From positions 1 through 64,000 of the forward strand of contig CP120460.1 in the NCBI GenBank assembly GCA_034226945.1: DNA of 64,000 bases. Direction: 5' to 3'. Below are positions 48,440 to 60,614 of the stretch, one piece after another; position 1 is the stretch's first letter, and each line of letters begins with the position of its first letter. The DNA comes from Picochlorum sp. SENEW3. Lineage: Eukaryota. The translations under genes were made by a program, and so were the position numbers. Below the pieces are notes generated by a model. The model did no database searches. It was given only the letters and a program-made list of their open reading frames with translations, and was not told the origin of the DNA.

Positions 48440-48853
48440 GACACTCTCGTTCGTTCACCCACTCACGAGGTGTACAGGATCACACAGGTGATATTCCTAC
48501 ACAGCATAGGAGACCGTTATATTTTTATATACCATGAAAACATATCAAAACTGGGTTTTGAAGTGCATAGGCAGACTCAATATGAATCCAAGAAGTACCT
48601 CCCTCACCGGGAAGTCCAACAGAGACATCTATCAAACTCCGTTCCCTATACCCATCAAAACGCGCAAATCACATGTATCCTGACGTACAAACTGGGCTGA
48701 GAAAATCTCTCGATTCCCTTATCCACGTTGGAGAGAGAACACTGACCAAGCCCTACGGAAACTGATTGATTCAAACAGCGTTGGGTCCTTCGAGGATACT
48801 ATTCAGATATTCTCCCCTTATTTTCTCGTATTTTGTTTTACAAGATTTTGTTT

Positions 48854-49739
48854 TTACAACACGGCCTGAGCTCTTGCAGGTTTGACAATGTTATCTATCA
48901 CTCCGTAATCTAGCGCTTCTTTGGCATCAAAGTATTTGTTCCTCGAAAAGTCGTACGCGACTTTGTCGAATGGTTGGCCGGTGGCACTCGCTAAAATCAT
49001 GTCCATGTAATCTCTGATGCGGAGGAGCTCCTTGGCCTCTCTATTCATATCTGATGCCTGGCCGCGTGCAGCACCTGATGGGTGGTGAATCATGATGTGG
49101 GTGTTCTGCAGTACGTTGCGCCTTCCCTTGGCTCCCACAGCCAAAAGGAAGCCACTCATACCCATGCATCCACCGAATCCTACAGTGCCGACATCACTGC
49201 GAATATGCTTCATGGTGTCATGGATTGCCAGACACGGCACCACTTCCCCTCCAGAGCAATTGATGTACAAGTTGAGCGGCTTCTGGCTCTCTGAATCAAG
49301 ATATAACATTGTCGCTACCAATTGATTTCCAAGCTCTTCGTCTACAGGCTTGGAGAGGAAAATGATGCGTTCCCTATACAAGCAGTTCCAAATGTCCACC
49401 CACTGCCAGGAGCTCTCCTTGGGGGTGCGGTAAGGGACCCTGGGGACACCGATCGGCATCATTTTCGTAACTTTTTTCCTATAAGCCACCATATTACTAC
49501 CATTGCTCACGCAGGCTGCATGGTGCTGCCCACCTGCAGACAAGGACTTGTCAACTGACCTCCAGAATCCCTCAGAGTGGGTCTTTGACTGGGCTACGAT
49601 TCCAGAGGGCTTGCCACCTGTATCAGATAATGTTAAATATGGTATCATTAGTATGTAAAGGTACTCGCAGCTACAAGAGTGACGTACGAGTCTTTGCAAG
49701 CCCCACATATCCTCCGCAGTGAAGAGCGGATGCCATCAT
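48854..49739 (-). CDS. CLPR2: Plastid Clp protease non-catalytic subunit ClpR2-like (2 exons)
   Basis: MMPIGVPRVPYRTP..SWQWVDIWNCLYRERIIF. The catalytic Ser position reads G (GGCMGMSG). Intron ~49687-49618. Confidence 0.85.
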
Positions 49740-50197
49740 CTATACGTCTACTGAATCGGAACAAAGGATTGTGCTGACAGTGTGAAACTAATGTATAATG
49801 TTTGCCGTCCGGCCGAGGTGGATGGCCCTTGGAAATCTGAGCGGTGGTGTGGGCCGTGATTGGCCATATGCTATATGGATCGGTCTAGTAGAGTCTTCGA
49901 AGGGATGTCGACGTCAATCTATCTACCGTCGCCCAAGCACCTTACGATTGCAGCGATTGCTGCATGTGATAGGAACAGGGGCGGAAGCGTGTCGCACTGC
50001 GAAAAGAGTCGAATTCTTGAATGACAAGTGCGAGAGTTTTTTCCTGATTGTAGACTTTGGGAGACTTCCAACAAAAGACTGACTGCCCCGATAACTGGGC
50101 ACGCTGCAGCAACATCGTCGCGGTGTCGTCTTGTGTTGTACTTTGAGATCTCAAAAGTGCTATATAGAATATTCAAAAGTCGGACGTTGGGGGCAAA

Positions 50198-52858
50198 ATG
50201 AGCGGCAGACTGTCCAGACCACGTGGCGGAGTGCAGCCAGGACATGCTGCGGGACAAGTTCGAGGTTCTGGTGTAAGACGAGACATTTTCACAAGGAAAT
50301 ATCATCTTTTGGGTGAAATGTGGGCGAATAAGGCGCGTATCGCCCCAGTATTTGTGAGGGATAGTATGGCGGGCACTCGCGGTATCTTTGCCACTTCTGC
50401 GTCAGCAGAAGGCGATGAGCCAGAGCTATTAGAGAGACCAAAGCGTCCTCCCCCACGGATGACTAGGGCGCCTACCCCAGGCGGTCGACGTGGAGGTGGT
50501 ACGAAAAAGGGTGATCATGGAAATAGGGAGCGACAGAGCCCGGGAGCCCAGGCCACATCGCCAGCCAGTTTCCCTGACGTTCCAATGAAAACCGAGGGGA
50601 ACAGTCAGGGTGGAAGAAATAGTCGAAGAGGGCCACATGGGAATAATGCCAAGGGCGGGAACAAAGGAAAGGGCGGATATGATGACGGTCCCGGTCGAGG
50701 AGGTAGAGGACAGCCTGGCAACAGAAGGGCGCAGCAAAAGATAAACCTGGCGAATAGGCGTAAAGCCCGACAGAACAGAAAGGCAGAGCGAAAGCAGGAG
50801 GCCTTGGCCTCTGCTCCAGTGCGAGAAGAAATATTCGAGGTGGGCCCAGATGGCATGTCCGTGCCAGACCTGGCAGAGATGCTTGCCGTACCGCCAGTGG
50901 ATATTGTCAAGAAGCTCTTCATGAAAGGGCTCGCGGTACAAGTGAATTCTACATTAGATCCTGATACTGTGAAACTTGTAGGCGAGGAGTACGGGGTGGA
51001 CGTGCTCGATATTGATGAGAAGGAGGAAGACAGTGCCAAAAAGTCTAGAGATTTTATCAGTGAGGATGACATCGACAACCTGCAGACAAGGCCGCCTGTT
51101 GTAACTGTAATGGGTCATGTTGATCACGGGAAAACTTCACTTTTGGACTTTGTGAGAAAAGCCAAGGTCGCAGCGGATGAGGCTGGAGGGATCACTCAAT
51201 CGATCGGAGCCTACACATGCAAAGTGGACTACAATGATGAGAGGAAGGCTGTCACGTTTTTGGACACACCAGGGCATGAGGTACGTTTTTCCACAAGGTG
51301 AACTTGGTCAGTAAACAGTGCTTGCCAATGATGCGAAACCAAAATCCAACGCTGAATTAGTCTTGTTGAAACAACAAAACGAGCTTTTTAATTCTGAGGC
51401 ATGCCTTCAAAACTTTGGTCAACACACGAGTCTCTTTTTTCGCCATTCCTAATTTCAATCGTCTTTTCTTCGTACAGGCATTTAGTGCGATGAGGGCCCG
51501 AGGTGCGAGGGTGACAGATATTGCCATCATCATTGTTGCAGCTGATGATGGCGTCCGTCCACAGACTCTGGAGGCGATCAGTCACGCCAAAGCTGCAGGT
51601 GTCCCAATAGTTGTGGCCATAAACAAGATAGACAAGGAAGGAGCCAACCCTGAGAAAGTGAAACAAGAGCTCACAGAAGTAGAACTGATTCCAGAGGAAT
51701 GGGGAGGAAAAACTCCCATGGTGAACATATCGGCAAAGAAAGGAATGGGGGTGGATGATCTTCTTGAAACAGTCCTGCTCGTAGCTGAACTTGAGGAGCT
51801 GGTTGCAAATCCCGAGCGATCAGCCACAGGAACGGTTCTTGAGGCATGCCTGGATCGCAAGTCGGGACCTATGACAACGCTGTTAGTGCAGAATGGACAC
51901 TTGAAGGTAGGGGACTGCATTGCTGCAGGTGGTTCCTATGGTAAGGTGAGATCGATGAAAACGTCTGCGGGGGATGTAGAAGAAATTGGTCCCTCCATGG
52001 CTGCCCAGGTACTTGGTCTCAATTCTGTTCCCCAGGCAGGTGATGTGTTTGAAGTATTTGACAGCGAGACCAGGGCTCGACAGGCAGCAGAATCTGTCGA
52101 GGACGCAAGGAGGCTGGAGAGGCTGTCCGAAATGGCCGGGGGAGGTAATATGGTAACCTTATCGTCTCTTGCTAGTATGGATGACGAGAACGAGGAACAA
52201 GTTCTCCAACGCATGAACATCATCCTGAAGGCTGATGCATCAGGATCGTCTTGAAGCAGTCAAGGCTGCATTGGCTGCCCTTCCACAAGACACAGTTATG
52301 TTGAGATATTTGCTCTCCGCTCCAGGAGATATAACAGCCTCAGATATTGATTTGGCAGTTGCCTCTGGCGGCATGGTGCTTGGTTTCAATGTGCAACCCT
52401 CAGATTCTGTGACATCTGAGGCGAAAAAGAACAATGTTACTCTTCGGACATATTCCGTAATCTATGACTTGGTTGATGATGTCAGGGCTGCTATGGAAGG
52501 GCGCTTGAAATCAGTAGAAGAAAAGGTGAAGATAGGCGAGGCAGAGGTGAAGGCTGTATTTGGATCTGGTAGCAGGAAAGCTGCAGGATGTCTCGTCACT
52601 GACGGATTGCTTACAAAGGATGCATTCATCGTAGTGAAAAGAGGAAAGAAAACTGTGCACGAAGGAAATCTTTCTTCGCTCCGTCGAGTCAAGGACGATG
52701 TAAAAGAAGTTGCCTCAGGGACTGAATGCGGAGTTGCCATGGATAGCTTCAAGGACTGGGCAGAAGGGGATGTCATCGAGGCGTACGACCTCGTCGAGAA
52801 GAAATTGAAGTTGGAAGAGGCTCATGCTCCTACAATATCAACGTCACAAATAGAATAA
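50198..52858 (+). CDS. Plastid translation initiation factor IF-2 (intron 51281-51477; 1-bp frameshift near 52249)
   Basis: [36 protein letters not shown] and C-terminal GTECG. The reading frame breaks at DASGS/LEAVK. Confidence 0.93.
51323..51401 (+). ncRNA. Intronic C/D box snoRNA, U36a/snR47-like, with a second 25S guide
   Basis: Terminal stem TGCC/GGCA, C box ATGATG (51328), D' CTGA (51352) and D CTGA (51394). The guide ACGAGCTTTTTAA is complementary to 18S TTAAAAAGCTCGT, and AATCCAACG is complementary to LSU CGTTGGATT. Confidence 0.88.
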
Positions 52859-52890
52859 CATGTTGAACGATGTAAACAATACGTGCACCA

Positions 52891-53725
52891 TCAGCCACGA
52901 GGCTGCTGGCTTGCGGCCATGAGCCTGATGTGCTCCACCAGGGCTTCCCTCATGAACGCAGCCACGGCTCGACACCCTTCCGAGACCAGATCTACCACCT
53001 CTTGGAATGTCTCTATCGATATTCTATTATCACATTGAAGCAGCACCATCCTATCGAGAGATGGATGCAGCCCGACAACTACATCAGGCCCCCCGCCAGA
53101 ATCCTCTGCATAGTTCATGTCCAGCAGCACAGTATTATCCAAATATCCCCCAGAACAAGCGCATACAATATCCCTCATCGGGATTCCAGCATCCGCCAAA
53201 GCTAAAAAGGCCGCATTGATACTCGCACACCGTGTTCCACCATCTGCCTGCAGTACCTGTACATACACATCTATCTGCGTCCGAGGCATCAACTCCAACA
53301 TGATTGTCTGCTCCAGCGTGTTCTTAATGACATTCGATATCTCTGTCGCTCTCCTGTCTGACTTCCCCCTTCGTCGCCTCTCCCCGGTGCTAAATATTGC
53401 CATCGAATACTCGCAGCGAACTATGGCCTTGTCTGCGTCCAAGAGGGACCGTTGCTCCACCTCCTTGGGGCCAAATACGGCAGCCATCACCTACCATACA
53501 AACATAAAGAAATTAAAAATGAGATCTCATGCCCCCTTTCCACCCGACAGTGACACAAGTGCGGCATCGAGCATGCTCTACATGCATACGCACCTTTGTG
53601 TTGCCCATCTCAAACGTCGCAGACCCATCTGCTGACTGTAGAACCCCAATGGTAGCGTTAAGTCTTCTTAATTCCTTATCTCTGCGCCCATCCAACCGCA
53701 GTCCCTCTGGACTGACATACTCCAT
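52891..53725 (-). CDS. RRP41: Exosome subunit RRP41 (EXOSC4) (2 exons)
   Basis: GLRLDGRR, ADGSATFEMGNTK|VMAAVFGP and IDVYVQVLQADGG. Intron 53593-53491. Confidence 0.95.
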
Positions 53726-53974
53726 TGCAAACTCTCGTACAGTTCTTTGCAGGAAATTGTTTCACAATAATCGAAAAGAATGTACAGTTCTTCACAAATA
53801 GGATTTGACCAAACCATCCCCAGGTTATGGGATGATTGTGGATTTCATCCCAAGACCAATGAATTTGCGAATTCGAAAAACGACACCGCGCCTTCTTCTT
53901 CATTACAGATGGAGAGCGCTCCTGTATGTAATAAATCAAGGTGCTTGTACTCTGCTGGTATATTTTGAAAGTGG

Positions 53975-55201
53975 GTGCTTGATCAAATGGTGGTGGTTGT
54001 GCGAGCAGAATCAGGAGTCCCAGCATCCAGGCGAGATGTTGTCGTGGTTGGAGTGACTTCGAGCCTGCTGTCATACTCGAGACCACCGACAGTTCAGGCT
54101 GCTCCCTCCTTGGAGGAGAGGCGGGTCCCGAGGACGCGAATTTCAGAGGATTTGGAGATATCGAAAGTGATCAAAGGTTGTTGGCAGCTGGGTGGGGGCC
54201 ATCGGGGAGGGAGGAGCGACAGAACTTCTGGGCATGCTGCAGTGGAGGATATTCATACGTTCGTTCAAAATGGGATCACGACCTTGGATACTGCGGATAT
54301 ATATGGTCCATCGGAGAAGATTATCGGATCGTACAGGAAAGAGTTTCCGTCCGAGGGCAGAGACTGCCAGGTTTTGACCAAGTTCTGCTGCTTTGATGAT
54401 GCAATGGAAAGGGCTGGACACTTGGACTTTGTGTCCGCTTCTTTGGATCGAAGCAGGGAAAATATCGGAGTGGAATGCCTCGACTGTGTACAGTTTTTCT
54501 GGGCAGATTATGGAGTGAAGCAGTATGTCAGTGCTGCATTGTCACTTTCGGAATTACAAGCGAGAGGGGTTACAAGGACTGTTGGCGTCACCAATTTTGA
54601 CGTCCAGCGATTGGATGAGCTCGTCAAGGCAGGTGTTCGTGTGGCGACCAACCAGATTCAATACAGTTTATTGGATACGCGTCCAGAGAATGGAATGACA
54701 GAGTTCTGTGCCTCTAACGGGATTGTCATCCTGCCCTATGGAACTGTGGCTGGAGGATTTCTGTCCTCGAAGTACCTGGGCAAGCCTGCAGAAGAGTGCG
54801 TTATCATGCCCTTATCCCTGGTAGATATCTGTGATGTACCGAATCTTACTGTTTGTGTGTGTAGAGTGCGAATGAATACATACTCGTTGCAAAAGTATGC
54901 CAGCATCATCAGGCAACGAGGAGGATGGGACTGGTTTCAGAGACTTCTCCAAACATTGCACAAAGTCGCCAATGTTCGCGGGGTCAGCATCGCGGATGTG
55001 GCCTCTCGTTGGGTGCTGCAGAAAAATGGAGTTGGTAGCATCATTGTCGGCGCAAGGAATACTGAACACATCGATGATCACATGAAGTTGTTCCAATTTG
55101 CTCTGACAGACGATGACCTGGGACAAATCCAAGAGGTTCTCGATCAAGGCCGTAGGCCCACCTCCGATGTCTACACGTTCGAACGGGGTGGGTCTTGGTA
55201 G
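53975..55201 (+). CDS. Aldo/keto reductase (5' end unresolved; probable in-frame intron ~54796-54865)
   Basis: IKGCWQL, DTADIYGPSE, LTKF, GVTNFD, NQIQYSLLD and IVGARN. Confidence 0.88.
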   Translation: MLDQMVVVVRAESGVPASRRDVVVVGVTSSLLSYSRPPTVQAAPSLEERRVPRTRISEDLEISKVIKGCWQLGGGHRGGRSDRTSGHAAVEDIHTFVQNGITTLDTADIYGPSEKIIGSYRKEFPSEGRDCQVLTKFCCFDDAMERAGHLDFVSASLDRSRENIGVECLDCVQFFWADYGVKQYVSAALSLSELQARGVTRTVGVTNFDVQRLDELVKAGVRVATNQIQYSLLDTRPENGMTEFCASNGIVILPYGTVAGGFLSSKYLGKPAEECVIMPLSLVDICDVPNLTVCVCRVRMNTYSLQKYASIIRQRGGWDWFQRLLQTLHKVANVRGVSIADVASRWVLQKNGVGSIIVGARNTEHIDDHMKLFQFALTDDDLGQIQEVLDQGRRPTSDVYTFERGGSW

Positions 55202-55203
55202 GA

Positions 55204-55327
55204 GCAGTAGATGCAGATGCCATCACATACACGTAGTAGTACTGTTGGGGCCATGGCAATGGTCGTACCAACGATGACCGATAAATCTACGGCATAAATG
55301 GCGGTATGAGGGCATTGCACTGGCTGC
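55204..55327 (+). other. Long imperfect RNA stem-loop immediately 3' of the AKR stop codon
   Basis: Nested complementary segments: GCAG/CTGC, TAG/CTG, TGCA/TGCA, ATGCC/GGCAT, CATAC/GTATG, CGTAG/CTACG, GTTGG/CCAAC and GGCCAT/ATGGTC. Confidence 0.55.
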
Positions 55328-55492
55328 AAATACAGTGTTAATAGTGATTTGGTTGTTTAATAACAGAATTGAGAGTGTCGAAAGGCAAATTCAGTTCATG
55401 GCGTTGGCCGAGGGATCAATCAAATTTCACTGGTTGTGAGCTGACGTGCTCGACCGAATAATACAGCATATGTGACTACCATTGTAATAGAA

Positions 55493-58400
55493 ATGGGATT
55501 CACGATATTCATATCGCTTTTGGCCTTGTTCTTGGGGACACTGGGTCAGGTTCGAAGTGACCTTTCCCAACCAGGCGGTGCTGGGCACGCGTTGCTGTTT
55601 CGAGACAATGGCGTGGTCATCGAGAACTTTATGGACCTTGGAGAGAGCGAGTTGACGTTTGAAGCTTGGGTTCGGACCTCGGATAGTTGCCACAATACGG
55701 CACTGTTTAGTTATGCAGCAAAGCCAGAGTTTCCAGAGAAGGGATCAACGGATCTGGAAGCTAATCACTTCATCATATACAATCAAAACAGACTGGTCGC
55801 GTGCCATGACTTTGAATATATTGATCTGCTTCCTGACCCTAAGGGAGAGTCGTGTTATTACGCGTATAATCACAGTGCGTCGCTGCCAAGTTTGGTGTCA
55901 CGGAATGGGCAGTGGCATCATGTTGCAGTGACATGGACTGCCGCTCACGACGGGTTGACAGAAATCTACGTGGACGGCATGCGTATCATTAGTTCTAGGA
56001 CAGGAAAGACGGCGCCTCTGAAGAAAGGGGGGGCGTTGATGCTCGGGGCAGAGCAGGACTGTTATGGTGGCTGCCTGGATAAGGGCCAAGGGTTCAACGG
56101 CGAGATGGACGAAGTCCGTATCTGGCGGGTCGCTCGGTCACAGGAAGATATTTTGAGGCATATGAGAGATAGTGAGGGACTCGATCAGCATCCAGACCTT
56201 GCTGCCTACTGGAAGATGAATGATCCACAGTCTCAAGGATCCAGCAAGGCAACACGGTACGCAAAGGACTCATCGGGAAGAGGGAATGATTTGGTGCTCG
56301 CATCGTTGCCAAAAGCCTCCGTGCAAACTATTGAATCGAAACAATTCTCCCAGGCTTTGAGTGGAGCTGGAGTCGTGGCTTTCAAAAGCAATTTTGCCAT
56401 GAATCAAAATTTCAAAGGGATGCCGACGCAAGACATTTCTATAGAATTTTGGGCCCGTACTCCCGCCTACGGTGAAGACCAATCTGATACGTGGGCTGAT
56501 TTCATATCGTATGCAGCATTTGCAGGGGATAAAAGTAAAACATACGGAGACTATGTATCTTTGGACGAGGCTATCTTGATTCAAAAGTATTCAAAGGAGA
56601 TGGCAAATTCCAAAGAGTTGGACCACAGGAATATCAAGACTGCAGGTTCTATATCTGTGTCAATCAATTCTAACAGGAATGGGATGGGCGACATGTACGA
56701 AAATTGGGTCGATTTCAACGTTGGATGGGTTGACGGCGAGTGGCATCATGTGGCAGTCACATGGAACTGGTTCACAGGAAAGGTGACCCTGTACTTTGAT
56801 GGCGAGGAGGCAACTCCATTTTGGGTCTCTAGAAGTGGTCAGGATGAGATTGAGAAATCTCCGGGTGAAGGTGTCGATTCTTCTATTGCGGCAGGTACGA
56901 ATGCCTTCAATAAATTGAAGGTCATTAACGGAACTTGATATCCTGTGCGGTTGTCTTTTGTTGACCATCTTTTGCTCCGAACTGCAGGATCTTCTAGATC
57001 AGACACAGGGTCGTTTGTGCTTGGGGCCCGCCAGCAAGCCTACGGAGGCAACTTCAGTCCTCAATACTCTCTTCGTGGTGATATGGCGCAAGTTAGAATA
57101 TGGGATAAGGTGATAACGGAGCAGGAGGTTAAGAATAACATGTTCAAGAGCAACCTAGGACCTCAGATGGCCAACTTGGTTCAGGAGTACACATTTTCGC
57201 CACAAAGTTTCCATGACGATAAAGATTCTTTGACAGGCTATATTGAAGATACATTCAAGGACAAGCATTCCAATGATCTGTATTTTGGATCTGATGCACC
57301 TCTTTGGGTGTACTCAAGTGCCCCCCTCGCAAATGGAAATGGCAGTCCTCTGGCACCTCCAACACCTGGCGAAGCCGGGCACGCAATGAGGCTCAGCGAC
57401 CAGCAGGTTCTCATCAACAGAAACTTTGATAACTTCCCCGACAAGGCCTTCACAGTAGAATTTTGGATGCTCTCATCAGATTCTTGTAATACTGGGGTGC
57501 CGTTCAGCCATGCCGTGGGAGGGTACGAAAAAGGCGACAATTCGCTCATGATCGGAGACTACAACAATTGGGTGATTTCAGTCATGGAAGATGAGGGCGT
57601 GTACAGTGACCACACCAGCGGTATATCTACCACGGATGGCAAATGGCATCATATTGCAGTCACATGGGAGTCCAAAACAGGAGAAACACGACTCTACGAT
57701 AATGGGAGAGAAGTTTGGCAAGTAACTCGAGCAAATGGCAGAACCATACCCTCTGGAGGTTCATTAATCATAGGTAGAGAGCAGGATTGTGTGGGAGGAT
57801 GCTTTGACAGTGCCAGTGGAGCCGTTGGTGATATATCTGACTCAGGAGCACAAGAATATGGATCTCAAGACTTTTTTGGTCTCATTGATGAGCTGAGAAT
57901 ATGGAGAAGGGTGAGAACAGCAGATGAAATTCGAGGCAGTATGAGATATCATCTGAGTAAGAGGGGTACACCACATGATTCTGGAAAAACCCACGCAATC
58001 AATCCGAAAGACAAGGATTTGGTTGCATACTACAACTTTGATGAAGGATCCGGTTATTTGGTGCGAGATTTGACTGGACATGGCCATGACCTCATTGTTA
58101 CTCAACCTCCGGTGTGGGAGGTCGTAGAATATTTCTCAGTCTGTGGTAATGGGGTTCTCGAAGGGCTTGAGGAATGTGACACCGGTGATGTCGGTCCCAA
58201 GACAGGGTGCTCTGATGCCTGCCAAGTGATGGATGGTTGGGAATGCACGACAACTAGTCCGTCAGTTTGCTGGAAAAATGGAGGCGATAGCAAGACAGGA
58301 GGAGACCATCAGGAGAAGAAAAAGTCAGATGTGAAGAAAGACGACGAATCTGGGGAGAAAGAGGACAACAAATCGGGCATTGTTGGGATTGTGGTGCCCA

Positions 58401-58672
58401 TCCTTGTAACCATTGCAGTGGTCGGGGCGGGAGCTGCTGCCTTTGTCCAGCGACATGCGATACTTGAGAAATTCCCAGAGATCGAAGACTGGTTGGTCAA
58501 CCTGAAGCAATCTCTTGTAGGCGTGCGGTACACTCTTTTGCCCAATCGAGGGCTAGATATGGAACACGTTGACACTGCATCCCCTGACTTTACAGACACA
58601 ATGCCAGCTCCAGGAAGGGGGTTGTACAGTGCATTTCCTGGTAGAAAAAATAACGACTATGAATCATTTTAG
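55493..58672 (+). CDS. Type I membrane protein with three LamG/pentraxin-like domains and a Cys-rich (Myxococcus-type CGNG..EECD) juxtamembrane module (2 exons)
   Basis: Signal peptide, three WHH(V/I)AVTW...DE(V/L)RIW-type repeats, CGNGVLEGLEECDTG and TM GIVGIVVPILVTIAVVGAGAAAF. Intron 56895-56987. Confidence 0.85.
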
Positions 58673-58718
58673 GGTAAGGTATGAACTGTCCTTAGAACCT
58701 ATGCCAAGAGGGCTGCCT

Positions 58719-60181
58719 TCAATCGTGCTCTTTGGATGCAGGCTTGCTCATGAGCAAGCCTAAAAGCATTTTGAGTGCCTGCCTCTTCTCGACGATGGCC
58801 TGGGCCCTTTTATTCTCTTCCTCCAGCTTTTGAGATTTCTTTTCGTTCTCAAAAGCTTCTTTTCTCCTGGCCGCTGCCACCCGTAAATGCTTGTCTTGCA
58901 TATTCAACTTTTGCATGAGTGCCAACCGATCTCTCTCAAGACCATGAAGCTCAAGTTTCTTCGTCATTTGCGACCGTTTTTCATCCTGTTTTTGATCCAA
59001 AAGTTTCTTTTTCTCTTTTTCTTGCCGTCTCACAGCCTGTTGCTCTTTTAATTTCTCAAGGCGCCTCTCACGTTCGCGTACTTTTCTCTTGCGGTACTCA
59101 ACCTCGAGTTCTTTACATCTTTCCATTCGTCTCTTGGCACTGCGCTCCTCCCGTTCTTGAAAGAGCCTCTCCTTCATAGATCTGGAGCGGTTCATGTTGA
59201 TTTTTACCGCTTCTAGGCGCTTCCTCGCGGCCCTCTGTCTGCATCTCCTGTCCTTTTCCAACAAGAGTTTCTTTTTCATCCTGTTGGACTCCAGCCTCTT
59301 CTCTCTCTCGTTCAGTTCGGCCTCCTTTGCTAACTGCATCTCCAACTGTCTCTTTCTGAACAACTCGGCCTTTCGTTTGACATTACGAATCTTTTCTTGC
59401 CGCGCAGCTTCTCGGCGTTGCTGTGATTGTCTTTTCTGTCTCTCTTCTTCCTCCTCCCGCTTCTTTTTCATGGCCTCTTGTTGATTCCTCTTTTGTAGAG
59501 CATCTTGTCTTTCCTTTTCTCTCTCTTTCTCCCTCTGTAGAAATGTAACCAGTTCGTCAATAGACTGCTTGATATTTCCACCCATCTAACGTCTTGCCAA
59601 CGTACCTGAATGTGCTGTTGCATCTTTTGTCTTTTTTCCTGCATTCTCTTCCTCTCCATGGCTCTTCTCTCGGCCTCTTTCAACATTTGACGCTCCTCAA
59701 TCGCTCTCTGATTTAAAGCCATCTTCTCTTCAGTCTGCTTTCGTAATTTTTCCATGCTCCGTATCCTTTGAATCTCTTTTTCTTGCTGCCTCTTTGCATG
59801 CTCAAGCCTCTGCTGTTCCCTCAGCGCCATGCCTTTCATCATTTCGTTCAAATCAGATGCTTGCTTGCATGCTCGAATACTTGTTTCTGTTTCTCGTTGC
59901 TTCCTCTCTTTGATCTTTTCTCTCTCAGCGATTAGCATGGCAAAAGCATCCTGCCTCCTCTTGTAGCAATGATCATGTTCAATTTTAGCCAGATCTGGCC
60001 TTCCATTGTATTTTTTCCGGTAGAATGACATTGGATGGTATTTGAGCAACAAAGGATCAGTACCCAACGCCTGATACGCTTCAATGGAGCAAGGGCTGGT
60101 TGGGTACAAGGGGCCCTTGTAGTCTGGGTCCCCACTCTTGTCTCTGATATCCATGATCGAGACCCTCTCTTCGCCGTCCAT
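58719..60181 (-). CDS. Charged coiled-coil protein, hypothetical (2 exons)
   Basis: Intron 59605-59535 joins two E/K/R/Q-rich ORFs in frame. Confidence 0.7.
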
Positions 60182-60614
60182 CGCCTTTGCCCGCTACAAG
60201 GCATTAAAATCCTATAATGAATCCTTTAGATTACATGGCAGCGTGTCACATGTCTTACCTTTCCCAAAAGAGAGAGTTTTGAGACCCACTCTTTGAGTTC
60301 TAATGCCTGGTCCAGTACCATGGTTGAGACACTATCAAAAATTTCTTTGTACACCGAAATAAACTACGGAGAGCCGAGATTGGCGAGTGTACAAAAGGCA
60401 TGAGCGATCTGGCTTGGTCAACCTCCATAGATCTTTGCTGGAGATGCTCCATATGGGGATCACATGGCCTGCTGCTGCTGTCCAAACGCATACGAGCATG
60501 GCGCCATGTGGTGTCCCTCAAATCTAGATCAGACAGAAACACAGCGGGTCTTCAACCCGATCATTGGCCACTTCGCTGTTGAAATTAGACAATATAGTAT
60601 AAATTATCGCCAGC

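Noticed and set aside
48745..48770. CCTACGGAAAC, complementary to the 18S 3' end and followed by CTGA (U13-like)
   Set aside because: No convincing C box or terminal stem lies nearby, and an 11-nt match could be chance.
53909..53975. In-frame TGA upstream of the AKR ORF as selenocysteine or readthrough, with the 3' hairpin as a SECIS
   Set aside because: The TGA lies in a transit-peptide-like region and can be removed by plausible short introns. The hairpin lacks a canonical SECIS core and stem geometry.
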